From: Actinomycetota bacterium
GTDB lineage: Bacteria; Actinomycetota; AC-67
Assembly (NCBI GenBank): GCA_005884515.1
Contig: VAWS01000060.1
Location: forward strand, 1-55,779
Reading direction: 5' to 3'
Length of the DNA: 55,779 nt
Shown here: positions 1 through 10,032 of the stretch, one piece after another
Position numbering within the stretch: position 1 is the first letter of the stretch
Layout: the number at the start of each line of letters is the position of its first letter
Translations under genes and position numbers: made by a program
The notes under the pieces: generated by a model
Databases searched by the model: none
The model's input: only the letters and a program-made list of their open reading frames with translations
What the model was told of the DNA's origin: nothing

Positions 1-221
1 CGTGCCGGCTCGACTCGCATGCCTTGGACACGGACGACGCGCCCGTCGACCGAGACGCGGCCTTGTTCGATGAGCTCCTCGGCCGCGCGTCGTGAAGCGA
101 CGCCTGCGGCCGCGATCACCTTTTGAAGACGCTGTCCCTCGACGGCGGGCTTGGGCGGAGCCGCCCGTGACGGACGAGCGCGCCGGCGGGGTTGCTGCGG
201 TCGCTTAGGGTTCGAGCTCAT
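1..221 (-). CDS. pseudouridine synthase (RluB/RsuA type), N-terminal S4-domain part; continues past the left edge
   Basis: ATG at 221-219 overlaps the scpB 3' end. Translation MSSNPKRPQQPRRRARPS...GQRLQKVIAAAGVASRRAAEELIEQGRVSVDGRVVRVQG is a basic tail plus an S4 RNA-binding motif. scpA-scpB-rluB synteny. Confidence 0.75.
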   Translation of the reverse strand, partial: MSSNPKRPQQPRRRARPSRAAPPKPAVEGQRLQKVIAAAGVASRRAAEELIEQGRVSVDGRVVRVQGMRVEPA

Positions 222-747
222 CGGCCACCGACGGCGCCGGCAACATCGACGCGATCGGCGGCAGATCCTCGAGACCGCCCAATCCCATCCGCTCGAGGAA
301 TTTGGGCGACGTCCCGTACAGCACTGCTTGGCCGGGGCCGGGATCGCGGCCGACCTCGTGCACGAGACCGCGGGTCTCCAGCGTGTTGATCACGCCGTCG
401 GAGTCGACGCCGCGGATCTGGGCGAGTTGTTGGCGGCTGACCGGTTGCTTGTACGCAACGATCGCGAGCGTCTCGAGCGCGGCCTGTGTCAGTCGCGGTT
501 GCTGGACGGCGAGCACGAACCGCTCCACGTACGCGGCGACGTCCGGATGCGTGTACATCCTCCATCCGCCACCGATCTCACGAAGAACAACGCCCCGCTC
601 CGACGTTTCGTACTCGGCCTTCATCTCTTCGAGCGCGCCGAGCACCACATCGCGCGCAGTTTCCGTTACCTGCGCGAGCTGGGTTAGCGGTACGGGCTCG
701 TCCGCGACGAACAGGATCGCTTCGAGCTGCCGATGCAGTTCGTTCAT
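205..747 (-). CDS. scpB: segregation and condensation protein B
   Basis: 180-aa ORF with LEAILFVADEPV...AALETLAIVAYKQPVSRQQLAQIRGVDSDGVINTLETRGLV, typical ScpB winged-helix repeats. ATGA overlap with scpA. Confidence 0.9.
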   Translation of the reverse strand: MNELHRQLEAILFVADEPVPLTQLAQVTETARDVVLGALEEMKAEYETSERGVVLREIGGGWRMYTHPDVAAYVERFVLAVQQPRLTQAALETLAIVAYKQPVSRQQLAQIRGVDSDGVINTLETRGLVHEVGRDPGPGQAVLYGTSPKFLERMGLGGLEDLPPIASMLPAPSVADELEP

Positions 748-1541
748 GCTTCGGGCTCCGGCTCGGTCGGTGGTACGCCTTCGTATTCATCGATCAAGCC
801 GACCTCGGCGCGCGCATCGCCACTTCCCCGCGTCACGGTTATCTCACCGAAGTTCTCGCTCTGATCCACGTCGGCGTGACCCCGCTTGATCAGCTCGAGA
901 ACGGCCAGGAAGCGGACGACTTTGTCGATCCGTGTCGTGCAGCCCCTCGTGATCTCGCGGAACGTGATCGCAGGACGCTCGGCGAGGAGAGCCATGACGG
1001 CCGCGATCGCCTCTGCAACGCTGACGCGGATCGGCGTGATATGCGAAAGGTCGAGGGAAACGACAGGCTTTGGTGCCAGTGCGCGCGCGGCGATGCCGGC
1101 GAGGTCCGCCGGAGTTACCCGCGCCAGCAGGTCGGGGCACAGGTGGTCGAACTCCTTGCCGGGACCCACTCGGCGTCCGATGAACCCGGCGTTGTCGGCG
1201 ATCATCGAAGCCAGCTGAGTCGCGGCGTCCTTGAACGCCCGATATTCGAGCAGCCTGGCGATCAGCATGTCCCGTTCGCTGAGCGCGAGGGCCGTCTCCT
1301 CGTCGACCGGCGGGCCGGGCAAGAGCCGGGCCGCCTTGATCTCGATCAGGGTCGCCGCCACGATCAGGAACTCCGTCGCAACCTCGAGGTCGAGATCCTG
1401 CATCGACCGGATGTAGTCGAGATACTCCTCCGTGATCGACGCCAGGGATACCTCATATATATCGAGCTCTCTCTTCGCGATCAGATGGAGAAGGAGGTCG
1501 AAAGGACCTTGGAAGACCTGGAGCTTCACCTGGTACGTCAT
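744..1541 (-). CDS. scpA: segregation and condensation protein A
   Basis: MTYQVKLQVFQGPFDLLLHLIAKRELDIYEVSLASITEEYLDYI is the ScpA N-terminal signature. ATG at 1541 preferred over the upstream GTG at 1571. Confidence 0.88.
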   Translation of the reverse strand: MTYQVKLQVFQGPFDLLLHLIAKRELDIYEVSLASITEEYLDYIRSMQDLDLEVATEFLIVAATLIEIKAARLLPGPPVDEETALALSERDMLIARLLEYRAFKDAATQLASMIADNAGFIGRRVGPGKEFDHLCPDLLARVTPADLAGIAARALAPKPVVSLDLSHITPIRVSVAEAIAAVMALLAERPAITFREITRGCTTRIDKVVRFLAVLELIKRGHADVDQSENFGEITVTRGSGDARAEVGLIDEYEGVPPTEPEPEA

Positions 1542-1554
1542 GGCGGCGTTCAGT

Positions 1555-2124
1555 CTACCGGCGACTGCCACTCCGCTCGGACAGCTCGGCCCAGATCATG
1601 TCCCCCCGATCAGTCGCCTGAATGACTCGGTCGCGTTGACGACGACCGGGGCGAGGAACAGGAACAGAGCCGGGGAGCAACTCGATGACGGTGAGGAAGG
1701 AATTCACAACCATGATCCATCCGAATAACAGACCGATGTCACTCTTGAGCTCGGCTCGCCAGATCGCAGCGGAGACGGCAGCAACCACTCCGGTGGCAAG
1801 CGGCCCGGCCAGGGCTACCAGGATCATGTCTCGGCGTGGGTTTTTGAATGCACGAGGGTTGAACGACTGCGGTTTTCCCCAGCCGAACATCATCCCGTAG
1901 GGCCCTGAAAAGATCGCAACGAAGACGAACACGGCGGGCATGATGATCGAGCCCAAAGTGTCGACATGTGGCTTTATCCGTAAAGTGACACGGCCCATCA
2001 GCTTCGGAGTCCGATCTCCAAGAGCCATCGCCGCTCGGGCGTGGGCCCAGTGGTGGACATCGATGCCGATCAGGAAGCCGAGAGCAACACCGGCACCGGC
2101 GATCAGGTTCAAGCTGCCGATCAA
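1555..2124 (-). CDS. peptidase M50 (site-2 protease, COG1994-like) family protein, atypical and possibly disrupted at the 3' end
   Basis: TTG start at 2124, 8 nt after GGGAGGA. Family blocks present: LGDRTPKLMGRVTLRIKPHVDTLG, FGWGKPQSFNP, ALAGPLATG. The zinc motif reads HHWAH rather than HExxH. The LLPxPPLDG block is absent, and a hydrophobic tail is only readable in another frame after ~1675. Confidence 0.6.
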   Translation of the reverse strand: MIGSLNLIAGAGVALGFLIGIDVHHWAHARAAMALGDRTPKLMGRVTLRIKPHVDTLGSIIMPAVFVFVAIFSGPYGMMFGWGKPQSFNPRAFKNPRRDMILVALAGPLATGVVAAVSAAIWRAELKSDIGLLFGWIMVVNSFLTVIELLPGSVPVPRPGRRQRDRVIQATDRGDMIWAELSERSGSRR

Positions 2125-2227
2125 GGGCGGCGTCCTCCCACGTCTAATCCCAGGTTATGACAGCTTGAGGTCGCGGTAAGGTTCCACCTCACGGTGAGAC
2201 TTGAACGTTGCCTGCGCTTCGGGCGGC

Positions 2228-2605
2228 TCAGCGCCGGCGGCCGAGCCGATCGGCGAGGATCGACGCCTGCCCATTCGCATCCAGGTCCGCCAGCGTGTAC
2301 GACAGCGCCTCCCGCACGAGCCGCCCGCGATCCGCGCCGATCCCGAACTCGCGCAAGGCCAGCCGTGCCCGCTCGAGGGCCAGCAGCTCCTCTTGCGTGC
2401 AATAGAACGTGATCTTCTCTTCGTGACGCTGCCGACCGCTGCCCTGTCTGGGGACTTGGAGCCTGCTTTCTTTATCGATAAATCTCTGTGTCGATTGTGG
2501 GCGCGTTTTCGCTGGCTCCGGCGCTGCCGTTTGGTGGCGAGAAGGTATTTGTTGATATGTCGATTGATTGCTCTGTGGATTGGTCTGCTGTTCTTCCTTC
2601 GGCAA
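2228..2605 (-). CDS. small ribbon-helix-helix-like protein downstream of ParA (possible ParG-like partner); start uncertain
   Basis: C-terminal 60 aa EEKITFYCTQEELLALERARLALREFGIGADRGRLVREALSYTLADLDANGQASILADRL has an RHH-like beta-alpha-alpha pattern and genome-typical high GC3. No start codon after the parA stop. The only candidate is TTG at 2605, which overlaps the parA tail. Confidence 0.45.
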   Translation of the reverse strand: MPKEEQQTNPQSNQSTYQQIPSRHQTAAPEPAKTRPQSTQRFIDKESRLQVPRQGSGRQRHEEKITFYCTQEELLALERARLALREFGIGADRGRLVREALSYTLADLDANGQASILADRLGRRR

Positions 2606-3422
2606 GCTCGTTGTCCGGAACAGCTCGTCCGCTCCCGGCAAGCTCGCTCTCTTGATCGTCGACAATGCCCAGCACCTCCCTGGCGAGGGCCCTGTAGGCC
2701 GCCGCCCCCCTTGAATCTCCGGCGTATGAAAGGATCGGCTCCCCGGCGACGGGGGCCTCGGCGAAACGGATCGTCCTCGGGATGGTGGCATTGAAGAGCC
2801 GGGTCCCGAAGGCGTCCTTGACCCGGGCGATGACCTCTCTCGCGTGCAGGGTTCGCCCGTCGTACATGGTTGCGACTACACCTTGAATCTCTAGTTCAGG
2901 GTTAAGGCGGTCGCGAACCTTTTCGATCGTGTCCACCAACAGCGCCATGCCACGCAGAGCGAAGAACTCACACTCGAGCGGGATGATGACGGCGTCGCTC
3001 GCCGTCAAGGCGTTGACGGTCAAGAGCCCCAGAGAAGGCGGGCAATCGATCAAGATGTAGTCGTAGTCCTCCCTCGCCGGCTGTAGCACGCGCTTGAGGG
3101 CTTGCTCGCGCGCGACTTCGCTGACCAGCACCACTTCTGCGGCCGAAAGGTCGATATTTCCGGGGAGAAGGTCGACTCCCATGATGTTCGTCTTGATGAC
3201 CACGTCCTCGAAACGCGTCGATCGATCGAGGATCAGGTTGTAGATCGTTTGATCGAGCTCGATCGAGTTCACGCCGACGCCCACCGACAACGCGCCCTGC
3301 GGGTCGAAGTCCACCAGCAAGACGCGCTGGCCGATCTCCGCAAGAGCTGCACCCAGACTGATCGTTGTGGTGGTCTTGCCGACGCCGCCCTTCTGATTGG
3401 CAAGCGAGATTATCCTGGTCAC
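2472..3422 (-). CDS. ParA/Soj-family partition ATPase with a low-complexity C-terminal tail
   Basis: GTG start. Deviant Walker A NQKGGVGKTTT, plus LVDFDPQG and ILIDCPPSLG. The ~60-aa tail is acidic and Ser/Thr-rich, with lower GC than the surroundings. Confidence 0.9.
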   Translation of the reverse strand: MTRIISLANQKGGVGKTTTTISLGAALAEIGQRVLLVDFDPQGALSVGVGVNSIELDQTIYNLILDRSTRFEDVVIKTNIMGVDLLPGNIDLSAAEVVLVSEVAREQALKRVLQPAREDYDYILIDCPPSLGLLTVNALTASDAVIIPLECEFFALRGMALLVDTIEKVRDRLNPELEIQGVVATMYDGRTLHAREVIARVKDAFGTRLFNATIPRTIRFAEAPVAGEPILSYAGDSRGAAAYRALAREVLGIVDDQESELAGSGRAVPDNELAEGRTADQSTEQSIDISTNTFSPPNGSAGASENAPTIDTEIYR

Positions 3423-3446
3423 GGCGGCCGCTCCCCTGAAATGTCG

Positions 3447-3476
3447 ACAAGACGACGAAGCGATCAGTCGTCTTGT
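3447..3476. repeat. perfect 10-bp inverted repeat (ACAAGACGAC-N10-GTCGTCTTGT) between the hypothetical gene and parA
   Basis: Read directly from the sequence. Lies 56 nt after the upstream stop and 25 nt before the parA GTG. No U-run follows it. Confidence 0.6.
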
Positions 3477-3531
3477 AAGTTGCGCGACTCTACTCCTTCG
3501 CGCTCGGCGCGTTCAAGTCCGAGATGCGAAC

Positions 3532-4314
3532 TTAACGAGAACTCAATCGCTGCGCAGCTTCCAGCGCGGCGCCGGCCGTCGCGCGGAGCGCGTCCGGCGC
3601 GTGCTGGTCGATGAGCGTGGCGCCCAACGCGGGTCGGTCGGAGCCGTCGCTCAGCAGAACGAGAACCGCGCGCTCTCCCCCGATGTCGCCCTCGGCGGTG
3701 TCGCGCAGCTTCAGACTCGCATCCACCGCGTCGATCACCGCGAGCGCGACGGCTCGCGGTGCCGTGGAGGCTTCGCCGGTTCCGGTACGGATCTCATCGC
3801 CGAACGGCGCCGAGACTTCCGCGCGCGCACGGTCGGACAGCATCTCGACCGCAACGCGGATCGGCGCGCCGGCGTCACTGCCCGGCGTGGCGATCGCGCG
3901 CGGCTGCTCGGACGCATGGATCAGCCGTCCAAGCGAGCCTGCCAGCCTGGCGATGACGGCGCGCTCCCCCGGCTCGAAGGGGGTCTCACGCCGGCCGACG
4001 ACGTGCAGCCCCCGCGACGAGGGACCCTCGGTGCTCAGGGCGATCGCCAGGTATCCGCCGAGCAGCATCGTCTCGTCCCCCTCGTGGGGATCCTGGAGCG
4101 CGTCGCGCAGCGCCGTGAAGAGGCTGAACGCTTCCGTCGGCTCGATGGACGCGAGGTCGGGTGCTCCGAGGAACAGCTGCGGGCCTTGGTCGTCGGTTGC
4201 ATGCAGGTATGCGCAGAGATCCAGCGGGATCGCAGCCCCCATCGCTTCGAGGCCTGCGTACACGATGTCTTGAACGACCACCCCGGCCTCGGCCGGGCCC
4301 TGCGCATCCATCAT
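3532..4314 (-). CDS. hypothetical protein (N-terminal half GAF-like by pattern only)
   Basis: 260-aa ORF with high GC3 and an ATGA overlap with the upstream gene. No motif I can name with certainty. Confidence 0.65.
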   Translation of the reverse strand: MMDAQGPAEAGVVVQDIVYAGLEAMGAAIPLDLCAYLHATDDQGPQLFLGAPDLASIEPTEAFSLFTALRDALQDPHEGDETMLLGGYLAIALSTEGPSSRGLHVVGRRETPFEPGERAVIARLAGSLGRLIHASEQPRAIATPGSDAGAPIRVAVEMLSDRARAEVSAPFGDEIRTGTGEASTAPRAVALAVIDAVDASLKLRDTAEGDIGGERAVLVLLSDGSDRPALGATLIDQHAPDALRATAGAALEAAQRLSSR

Positions 4315-5000
4315 CCGTGGTTCGCACCCTTCCCGCGCTGATCGTGCGAAGGGAGCAGGACCGAATGCGACCAGGGCCTTGGACCTTTGCCTTTGTGCTT
4401 GCCGTGGTGGCCGGCCTTGCCGTGATCCTCGTGGGCGGCCTCGACTGATGCGGGCTTCGCCTTGGCGTGGTGGATGGGCGGGACGGCCTTGGTCATCGAT
4501 ACGGCCTCGGCGGCGAGTCCCCGAGAGAAAGGAATCGCCCGAAGCGTGTGGTCCGGCGCTTCGACGGGCGTCGAAACGCGCAGGATCGGCGCGACACCGG
4601 AGACCTGGACCCCGCGAAGGACGTCGATCGAGTCGGTTGGAGATATAGCGGTCGAGCCGCTGGGCCGCGTGTGAGGAGGCGCCGGCTTCCGGGGATGCTG
4701 GACGGCGGCGAGGCCACCCACGAGCGAGCCCACGCCGATGGCGGCGACCGTCGCCACCGTCGCCGTCGCGATGAGCGGCGAGATCGTCCTTGTCGCTGCA
4801 GCCACGGCCGGCTCGGGCGGCCCGACGACGCGGACGGTCGCCTCAGATCCGGCGTTGTGCAGGATCCGCTCGACGGCGAGCTGGATGGTGTGGGGATCGG
4901 CGGATGGTTCGATGAGGACGACAACGTAGTCGTCCTTCGAGAATGAGCACGAAATGACCTGGGGAAGGAGACGGATCTCGTGCTCGAGACGCCCCCCCAT
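4311..5000 (-). CDS. hypothetical single-pass membrane protein with a His/Lys-rich C-terminus
   Basis: ATG at 5000. Small N-terminal domain, a Pro-rich linker and one TM segment (ISPLIATATVATVAAIGVGSLVGGLAAV). C-terminal tail HHAKAKPASVEAAHEDHGKAGHHGKHKGKG... Confidence 0.65.
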   Translation of the reverse strand: MGGRLEHEIRLLPQVISCSFSKDDYVVVLIEPSADPHTIQLAVERILHNAGSEATVRVVGPPEPAVAAATRTISPLIATATVATVAAIGVGSLVGGLAAVQHPRKPAPPHTRPSGSTAISPTDSIDVLRGVQVSGVAPILRVSTPVEAPDHTLRAIPFSRGLAAEAVSMTKAVPPIHHAKAKPASVEAAHEDHGKAGHHGKHKGKGPRPWSHSVLLPSHDQRGKGANHG

Positions 5001-5047
5001 GTTGGGCAGACTCTACAACAGGCGGCGCGCGTCCCCAACTTGAAACA

Positions 5048-5401
5048 CTACGCAGATTCCTTTTGTTTGCACGAGACGCACAGCGTGCTGTACGGAAGCG
5101 CCTCGAGTCGCTCGTTGTTGATCGGTTGGCCGCACCGTTCGCACAACCCGTACGTCCCGTCCTCGATCTTGCGCAACGCGCGCTCGACCTCCCGGAGCTG
5201 GCCGCGGAGACGATCGATGAGCGCGAGCACCTTCCCGCGTTCGGCCGTCGATTGGGCGCTGTCGGCGAACCCGAAGTCGAAGTCGCCCGTCTCGAGCGAA
5301 TCCTCGTCCGGATTCGCTCCGAGCTCCCCCAACTGGCTCCGCAGGTCGCTGCGCAGCTCGTCGAGCAGCTCCCGGAACCGGTTCCGTTCGGTCGTCTCCA
5401 T
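5048..5401 (-). CDS. DksA/TraR-family C4 zinc-finger protein
   Basis: 117 aa from the internal ATG at 5401. Coiled-coil N-terminus, then CERCGQPINNERLEALPYSTLCVSC (CxxC-N17-CxxC). Confidence 0.85.
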   Translation of the reverse strand: METTERNRFRELLDELRSDLRSQLGELGANPDEDSLETGDFDFGFADSAQSTAERGKVLALIDRLRGQLREVERALRKIEDGTYGLCERCGQPINNERLEALPYSTLCVSCKQKESA

Positions 5402-5409
5402 CGCGCCTC

Positions 5410-6375
5410 CTACGGCTTCCGCGCGAGGGAACGCTTCGCGCGCGGGTGTGCAGAATCGTAGACTTTTCTCAGTTTTTCCTGGCTGGTCAGGGTGTACACC
5501 TGTGTCGTCGAGACGCTGGCGTGGCCGAGGAGCTCTTGCACCACGCGGATGTCCGCCCCATGGTCGAGCAGGTGCGTCGCGAACGAGTGACGCAGCGTGT
5601 GCGGTGAGATGCGACGCGTGAGGTTCGCCCGCTCCGCGTATCGCTTGAGCAGCTTCCAACACCCCTGGCGGGTAAGACGCTGGCCACGCTGATTCAAGAA
5701 CAAAGCCGGTTGCGACCGGGCCCGGACGAATCCCGGCCGGGCCTGGGTCAGGTAGGCGCCCGCGGCTTCGACGGCTGCTCGTCCGATCGGAACGACGCGC
5801 TCCTTCGAGCCCTTACCGATGCAGCGAACGGTCTTGAGATCGAGGTCCAGGTCGTCGACGTCGAGGGAGGTCAGCTCGGAGATGCGTAGCCCCGCCGCGT
5901 AGAGGAGCTCGAGCATCGCCCGGTCGCGTAACGAGGCGGCTCCGTCCGTCGGGACGGCACGCAGCAAGCCTTCGACCTCTTCGGTCGACAATGCTTTCGG
6001 CAGCGCGCGCGGGATACGAAGCGTGCCGATCGGCTCCGACGGGTCGGTTTTCACGTCGCCTTCCCGCAGCAGGTAGCGATGCAGCCCGCGGACGGCGGCG
6101 AGAACGCGTGCGATCGTCGCATCCGAGTACCGCTTCCCCGGGGCGTACTCATCCGAGCGCAGGGAGCTCAGGAACTCGGAGATGTCGGTCTCCTCGACGT
6201 CAGCGGCGTCGCCGATCCCCCGGCCGGTGAGGTACTTCAGGTAGAGGCCGAGGTCGCGCCGATAGGCCGTACCCGTGTTGGGAGCGACGCCGCGCTCGAC
6301 GGCCAGATGGTCGAGGAAACGCTCCATCTGCCGGGCGATCCCCGAAGATCGAACCGTTGCGTCGGACGTCGGCAT
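5410..6375 (-). CDS. xerD: site-specific tyrosine recombinase XerD
   Basis: 321 aa. Contains ERGVAPNTGTAYRRDL, AGLRISEL, HTLRHSFATHLL and LLGHASVSTTQVYT (R-H-R-Y catalytic set). Confidence 0.9.
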   Translation of the reverse strand: MPTSDATVRSSGIARQMERFLDHLAVERGVAPNTGTAYRRDLGLYLKYLTGRGIGDAADVEETDISEFLSSLRSDEYAPGKRYSDATIARVLAAVRGLHRYLLREGDVKTDPSEPIGTLRIPRALPKALSTEEVEGLLRAVPTDGAASLRDRAMLELLYAAGLRISELTSLDVDDLDLDLKTVRCIGKGSKERVVPIGRAAVEAAGAYLTQARPGFVRARSQPALFLNQRGQRLTRQGCWKLLKRYAERANLTRRISPHTLRHSFATHLLDHGADIRVVQELLGHASVSTTQVYTLTSQEKLRKVYDSAHPRAKRSLARKP

Positions 6376-6412
6376 GGAAGGTTTCCCTATCTGGGTCGGA
6401 TGAAGGGTCCGG

Positions 6413-7537
6413 TTACGCGCCGGACGGAGTCAGGTGTTCGAGAGGAGTGAACGGCAAGCCGTGGGCCTCGGCCACGGCGGCGTTCGTCACGTGCTGCTCG
6501 TACACGTTCACTCCCTTTGCGAGCGCCGGATCGTCCTCCAGCGCGCCGCCTAGACCCTTCCGGGCGAGCGCCAGCGCGTACGGCAATGTTGCATTTGTCA
6601 GCGCGTAGGTCGACGTGTGAGGTACCGCACCCGGCATGTTTCCCACGCAGTAGTGTACCACCCCGTGGGTTACATAAGTCGGGTTCGTGTGGGTCGTCAC
6701 CCGGCTGGTCGCGAAGCATCCGCCCTGGTCGATCGATATATCGACGATGACGGATCCCGGCTTCATCCCAGCCACCACTTCCTCGCTCACGAGCTTCGGC
6801 GCGCGCGCGCCGGCCACCAGAACCGCGCCGATCGCGACGTCTGCTTGGAGTAGCTGCTCCTCGATCGTGAGGCCGGCGCTGGCGAGGGTCAGGATCCGGC
6901 CCTTGTGGATGTGGTCGACGTAGCGAAGCCGCTCGACGTTCTTGTCGAGCAGCACGATCTCGGCCTCCATGCCTTGCGCGATCCAGGCGGCGTTGATGCC
7001 GGCCATGCCGGCGCCGATCACCACGACGCGCGCGGGGCGGACGCCGGATACGCCGCCGAGGAGGATCCCGCTGCCGCCGTGGGGACGCTCGAGGTGGGTG
7101 GCGGCTGCGTGCGGCGACATGCGCCCGGCGATCTCGCTCATCGGTGCGAGGAGCGGGAGCCTGCCGGCCTCGTCTTCGACGGTTTCGTACGCGATGCCGA
7201 CCGTTCCGGACTCGAGCAGCGCGTCGGTCACGTCGCGGTGCGCCGCCAGATGAAGGTACGTGAACAGGATCTGGCCCTTGCGGAGCGAGTTGAACTCCTG
7301 CGGCTGGGGCTCCTTGACCTTCAGGATCAGGTCCGCGCGCGCCCAGATCTCTTCCGCGGTGCCGGCGAGTGTCGCGCCTGCGCGCGCGAACGCATCGTCG
7401 GGGATCGAAGATCCGTCGCCGGCGCCGTGTTCCACGAGGACGGTGTGCCCTTCGTTCACGAGCTCGTGGACGCCGACGGGGGTGATCGCGACCCGGTACT
7501 CGGACTCCATGACCTCGCAAGGAACACCGACGATCAT
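6413..7537 (-). CDS. ald: alanine dehydrogenase
   Basis: 374 aa beginning MIVGVPCEVMESEYRVAITP. Contains VVVIGAGMAGINAA (Rossmann fold). Strong SD GAAGGAGGA upstream of the ATG. Confidence 0.93.
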   Translation of the reverse strand: MIVGVPCEVMESEYRVAITPVGVHELVNEGHTVLVEHGAGDGSSIPDDAFARAGATLAGTAEEIWARADLILKVKEPQPQEFNSLRKGQILFTYLHLAAHRDVTDALLESGTVGIAYETVEDEAGRLPLLAPMSEIAGRMSPHAAATHLERPHGGSGILLGGVSGVRPARVVVIGAGMAGINAAWIAQGMEAEIVLLDKNVERLRYVDHIHKGRILTLASAGLTIEEQLLQADVAIGAVLVAGARAPKLVSEEVVAGMKPGSVIVDISIDQGGCFATSRVTTHTNPTYVTHGVVHYCVGNMPGAVPHTSTYALTNATLPYALALARKGLGGALEDDPALAKGVNVYEQHVTNAAVAEAHGLPFTPLEHLTPSGA

Positions 7538-7582
7538 CGATCCTCCTTCACCCGGCCGCTCGTGACGGCCGTGAGGAGCGTA

Positions 7583-9147
<1,565 letters not shown>

Positions 9148-9182
9148 TCAATCTAGCAGATGGGGTCGGGCGGAGCCAGGAC

Positions 9183-10019
9183 TCAGACGCGACCCGCGGC
9201 GTCGAGCCGTCGCAACGGCGCCACCGAATCGATCACGCGCGACAATCCGGGGCGCGCCCCCGCAGCCGTGACCAGCACGAGCAGCCCGAGCGCGACGAGT
9301 CGGAACGTGTGCGACGAGTCGAGCACCGTGGCGACGCCGAGCAGTGCCCCGAGCGCGTTCGCGCCTGCGTCGCCGAGCATCGCGCGCTCGCGTAGATCGA
9401 ACGGCAACGCGACGAGGCATGCACCGATCGCGGCGGAAAGGCCCGGTGCCGTCGGGCCGCCGACGATCAGCAGGCCGGCGGCCGCCAGCACGAACGCTTT
9501 GCCTGCGCGCCCCGGCCGCTTGTCGAGCAGGTTCACGGCGTTGGCCGACAGGGCGATGATCACGGCGTCCAGGATCGCCCACCAGAAGCGGTGCTCCAGG
9601 ATCGACGCGAGGATCAGGGCTGCGGCCGCTCCCCCGACCAGCTTGATCGCGCCGGCGGTTGCGCGCCCCCGGATCGCCGCGGCGGCGTGCACGCGCCACC
9701 CGCGCTCGCCGGCGGTGCCCGCGATGTCGTCCCAGAGCCCGATGAAACCGAACAACCCGGCCGCGCTCGCGAACAGAAGGCCCGACCCGGCCGCTTCGGC
9801 GAGCATCTGGGAAGAGCCGAAGATCATATGAAGGACGGCGGTGAGTGCCAGCCCGGCGAGGGTTCCGACGATGATGCCGACTCCCGTCGTCGCAGGTAGC
9901 TCGAGTCCCCGGTAGTTGCGGCGACGCACGGGCCCGCTCGCAACGAGGAAGATCACCGCCCGCGCGCCGACGACGCCGCCGACGACGCCCGAGAACAGCC
10001 ACAGCAGGAACGGCCTCAC
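9183..10019 (-). CDS. glycosyltransferase family 4 (MraY/WecA-like polyprenyl-phosphate sugar-phosphate transferase) membrane protein
   Basis: GTG at 10019, preceded by AGGAAAGAG. Multi-TM protein with GLWDDI, NAVNLLDKRPGRAG and MLGDAGANALG motifs. Confidence 0.75.
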   Translation of the reverse strand: MRPFLLWLFSGVVGGVVGARAVIFLVASGPVRRRNYRGLELPATTGVGIIVGTLAGLALTAVLHMIFGSSQMLAEAAGSGLLFASAAGLFGFIGLWDDIAGTAGERGWRVHAAAAIRGRATAGAIKLVGGAAAALILASILEHRFWWAILDAVIIALSANAVNLLDKRPGRAGKAFVLAAAGLLIVGGPTAPGLSAAIGACLVALPFDLRERAMLGDAGANALGALLGVATVLDSSHTFRLVALGLLVLVTAAGARPGLSRVIDSVAPLRRLDAAGRV

Positions 10020-10032
10020 GGACTCTTTCCTA

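Noticed and set aside
6387-7520. 377-aa Arg-rich ORF on the same strand as ald, in another frame.
   Set aside because: Its Arg/Pro/Gly-dominated composition is typical of off-frame ORFs in high-GC DNA. The ald frame has clear family motifs and a strong SD.
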